A DNA stretch of 64,000 bases. Source: Candidatus Spongiisociaceae bacterium (GTDB taxonomy: Bacteria; Actinomycetota; Acidimicrobiia; Spongiisociales; Spongiisociaceae). The notes below the pieces were generated by a model. That model was not told the DNA's origin and did not search any database. It saw only the letters and a list, made by a program, of their open reading frames with translations. The stretch covers positions 2,944,001 to 3,008,000 of the forward strand of contig OZ253564.1 of NCBI GenBank assembly GCA_965262915.1, read 5' to 3'. Shown here piece after piece: positions 61,396 through 64,000 of this stretch (position 1 is its first letter; every line of letters begins with the position of its first letter). The translations under genes and the position numbers were made by a program.

Positions 61396-62531
61396 CGAAT
61401 GCCCTCCCGCTGAACGGGTACAGCGTACCCGCGCTCGTCGGATGCGTCGCGGACCCGTCCGATCAGGCCCGGATCGATCCATCTGTCGTCGATGTACTCC
61501 GGGTAGACCGGAAGTCGCGGAACCAACTCGAAGCCGCGGGTCTCGGTACGGGCTCGCAGTTCGTTCAAGTGAGGCCAGGGCGCCTCCGGGTTCACCCAGT
61601 CGATCGTGAGCGGGGAGACGCCGCCCCAGTCGTTGATCCCCGCGTCGAGATAGATCTCGTACGCCTCGGTGAGGTTCGGAGGTACCTGGAGGTTCATCTC
61701 CGGTCCGAGAAACCAGCGAGCCACCGCCACCACTCGAGCGAACCATGCAGGGATCGGCTCCGCAGAGCGGCGCATCCGTGTGTCAGCCTTGGCCCGGAAG
61801 TTCTGGACTATCACCTCCTGGATGTGGCCCAGCCGGGCTTGTACCTCGGCCAACGCCGCCAGGCTGTCCACGATCTCCGTGTTGGTCTCGCCGATGCCCA
61901 CCAGGATACCGGTGGTGAACGGGATCCGCAGCGCTCCGGCCGCCTCGATGGTGGCCATCCTGAGTCGGGGGTCCTTGTCGGGGCAGTTGTAGTGGGGCAT
62001 TCCGGGTTCCATCAGGCGCGGCGATATGTTCTCCAGCATCATCCCCATCGACACGTTGGTCGGACGGAGGGACTCCATCTCCCGAGCGGTCATGTAGCCG
62101 GGGTTGGCATGGGGGAAGAGCCCGGTGCCGACAACTATCTGCTCGCTCATGGCCGCCACGTATCCGATGGTGGTGACGTGACCCTGCGAGGCCAGGAAGT
62201 CCCTCGCCTGCGGCCACCGTTCCTCCGGCCGGTCCCCGAGAGTCAGCAGCGCCTCCCTGCACCCGACCTCATCACCTGCCCTGGCGATGGCCATGACGTC
62301 TTCGGGCGTGAGGTACTCGCCTCCGGCGCCGGGCGGTTTGGCGAACGTGCAGTAGGTGCAGACATCCCGGCACAGGGTGGTGAGCGGGATGAACACCTTG
62401 GGGCTGAACGTGACGGTTCGGCCCCGCCCCTCGTCTCGCAGGCGGCGGGCATGCTCGAACAGGGGCGAAAGATCGCGGGTGCCGTCTAGGTAGGCAACCG
62501 CCAGTTGTCGATCAGGGAGCGGGTGACCCAT
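61392..62531 (-). CDS. cofG: FO synthase subunit 1
   Basis: VTFSPKVFIPLTTLCRDVCTYCTF, FTTGILVGIGE, QVPPNL, DWGGVSPLTIDWVNPEAPWP. Confidence 0.93.
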   Translation of the reverse strand: MGHPLPDRQLAVAYLDGTRDLSPLFEHARRLRDEGRGRTVTFSPKVFIPLTTLCRDVCTYCTFAKPPGAGGEYLTPEDVMAIARAGDEVGCREALLTLGDRPEERWPQARDFLASQGHVTTIGYVAAMSEQIVVGTGLFPHANPGYMTAREMESLRPTNVSMGMMLENISPRLMEPGMPHYNCPDKDPRLRMATIEAAGALRIPFTTGILVGIGETNTEIVDSLAALAEVQARLGHIQEVIVQNFRAKADTRMRRSAEPIPAWFARVVAVARWFLGPEMNLQVPPNLTEAYEIYLDAGINDWGGVSPLTIDWVNPEAPWPHLNELRARTETRGFELVPRLPVYPEYIDDRWIDPGLIGRVRDASDERGYAVPVQREGIR

Positions 62532-62808
62532 TGGGCTTAGGAATCTAACAGTGCCCGGGCGTCGAGCGGAACATCGCCGAGCAGTTGTCGGCGGTCGAGC
62601 CGTAGGGGAGTGTCCCGGCGGCTCGGCGAGATCGGAGCACGGAGGGTGCTCCGAGACGGGCGGATGGTTGGCCTGTCGTCCGCTGACGGGGGCTCTTCTT
62701 GCCGACCGTCGGGCCAACCGGGGTTCTTGAGCACCCTCCCAGGAGATCCGGTTGCCGGGTGATTCGTCCGGTCGCCGTGGATGCTCCACGGTTAGAGTTC
62801 GATCCGGT

Positions 62809-64000
62809 GTGAAGTACGATCCCGAGACTCTTCGCGACGATGCCTTCGGCGGGATGACGGCAGCCGTCGTTGCGCTGCCCCTCTCGATGGCGTTCGGCGT
62901 AGCGTCCGGCCTCGGCGCCATCGCCGGTCTGTACGGCGCCATCGCGGTGGGGTTCTTCGCGGCCGTCTTCGGGGGGACCCGAACCCAGATATCGGGCCCC
63001 ACCGCACCGCTGGCGGTGGCGATGTCGGTGGTCGTCACCAGCTACGCCGACAGCATCGAGGAAGCGCTCACGATCGCCGCCCTGGCCGGGGTGATACAGA
63101 TCCTCCTGGGTACTCTGCGACTCGGGAGCTTCGTGGCCTACACCCCCTATTCGGTGATCTCGGGGTTTACATCCGGAGTCGGCGCCATCATCATCCTGGT
63201 ACAGAGCTTGCCGTTCCTGGGCGCTCCCGTGGCGCTGGGGGGCCCGCTGGAATCGGTCCGCCGGTGGCCGGAGGTCGTGACCGGCATCAACCCCAGCGCG
63301 TTGACCCTGGCCGCGGCCACGGTGGCGGTGGGTGTCTTCTGGCCGGCCCGGCTGAGGAAGTTGCTTCCCCCCACAGTGGCGGCGCTGATCGTCGGAACGC
63401 TGCTAGGTATGTTCTGGTTGCAGGGAGCGCCGGTCATCGGCGAAGTGCCCACCGGCCTCCCCGGGATCCGACTGCCGGACTACTCCATAGACACGGTGCT
63501 GGGCGCTCTGCTGCCGGCGGTCACCATCGCGCTGATCGGCTCGATCAATAGCCTGTTGACCGCACTGATCGGCGATTCGATGACCGGCCAGGACCACGAC
63601 CCGAACCGGGAGTTGGTGGGGGTGGGCCTCGGCAACGTTCTCGCCGGCCTCATCGGGGCCGTTCCCGGCGCCGGGGCCACGACCGGTACGGTGGCCAACA
63701 TCCGGGCCGGGGGTCGGTCCAGGGTTTCAGGTATCCTCTGCGCCACGATCCTGCTGGCACTCGTTCTTGGCCTGGGGAGGTATATCGGCTCGGTTCCCCA
63801 TGCGGTGCTGGCGGGCATCCTGATGAAGATCGGGTTCGAAATCGTCGACTGGCGGTTCCTGAGCCGCTTCCGTCATGTGCAGCGCGAACAGTTCGTGGTG
63901 ATGATGCTGACGCTCGGTTTCACGGTCTTCGTCGATCTGGTGATCGCGGTGGCCGTCGGCCTGATCGCCGCGGCCATGGCCAGCGCCCGGCAGTTCGAGC
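62809..64000 (+). CDS. SulP family anion transporter (runs off the right edge)
   Basis: GTG 62809: ...GGMTAAVVALPLSMAFGVASGLGAIAGLYGAI...FGGTRTQISGPTAP...PNRELVGVG. Confidence 0.92.
   Translation, partial: MKYDPETLRDDAFGGMTAAVVALPLSMAFGVASGLGAIAGLYGAIAVGFFAAVFGGTRTQISGPTAPLAVAMSVVVTSYADSIEEALTIAALAGVIQILLGTLRLGSFVAYTPYSVISGFTSGVGAIIILVQSLPFLGAPVALGGPLESVRRWPEVVTGINPSALTLAAATVAVGVFWPARLRKLLPPTVAALIVGTLLGMFWLQGAPVIGEVPTGLPGIRLPDYSIDTVLGALLPAVTIALIGSINSLLTALIGDSMTGQDHDPNRELVGVGLGNVLAGLIGAVPGAGATTGTVANIRAGGRSRVSGILCATILLALVLGLGRYIGSVPHAVLAGILMKIGFEIVDWRFLSRFRHVQREQFVVMMLTLGFTVFVDLVIAVAVGLIAAAMASARQFE

Overview
High-GC chromosome segment, most consistent with an actinobacterium, probably Acidimicrobiia (inferred from mreBCD-mrdA-rodA, F420 cofG/cofH and gene order). 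Most of it is a minus-strand housekeeping backbone (leuS, rsfS, nadD, trkAH, proB, obgE, rpmA/rplU, rne, mre/mrd, ndk, folC, valS, clpXP, tig, rdgB/rph, dprA, yraN, lepB, rplS, trmD, cofGH, sulP) with seven tRNAs and at least four MITE-like repeat families. Two accessory regions stand out. (1) A decayed ~10.9 kb island at tRNA-Lys(CTT) (30036-40936) holds a broken P4-type integrase, IS630, IS1380, an IS30 inserted in an IS3 remnant, the 5' half of a group II intron in an istB remnant, and korA/korB fragments. (2) An apparently intact 10.5 kb tail-less, capsid-forming phage-satellite-like element (45678-56212) is inserted about 20 codons into the competence gene comM, so precise excision would rebuild comM in frame upstream of dprA. 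It encodes an integrase, AlpA, an SF3 helicase, a candidate iteron origin, TerL, HNH, major capsid protein, a two-domain prohead protease, connector, portal and a zinc-finger/two-Myb-repeat protein. All calls come from reading motifs by eye; no searches were run.
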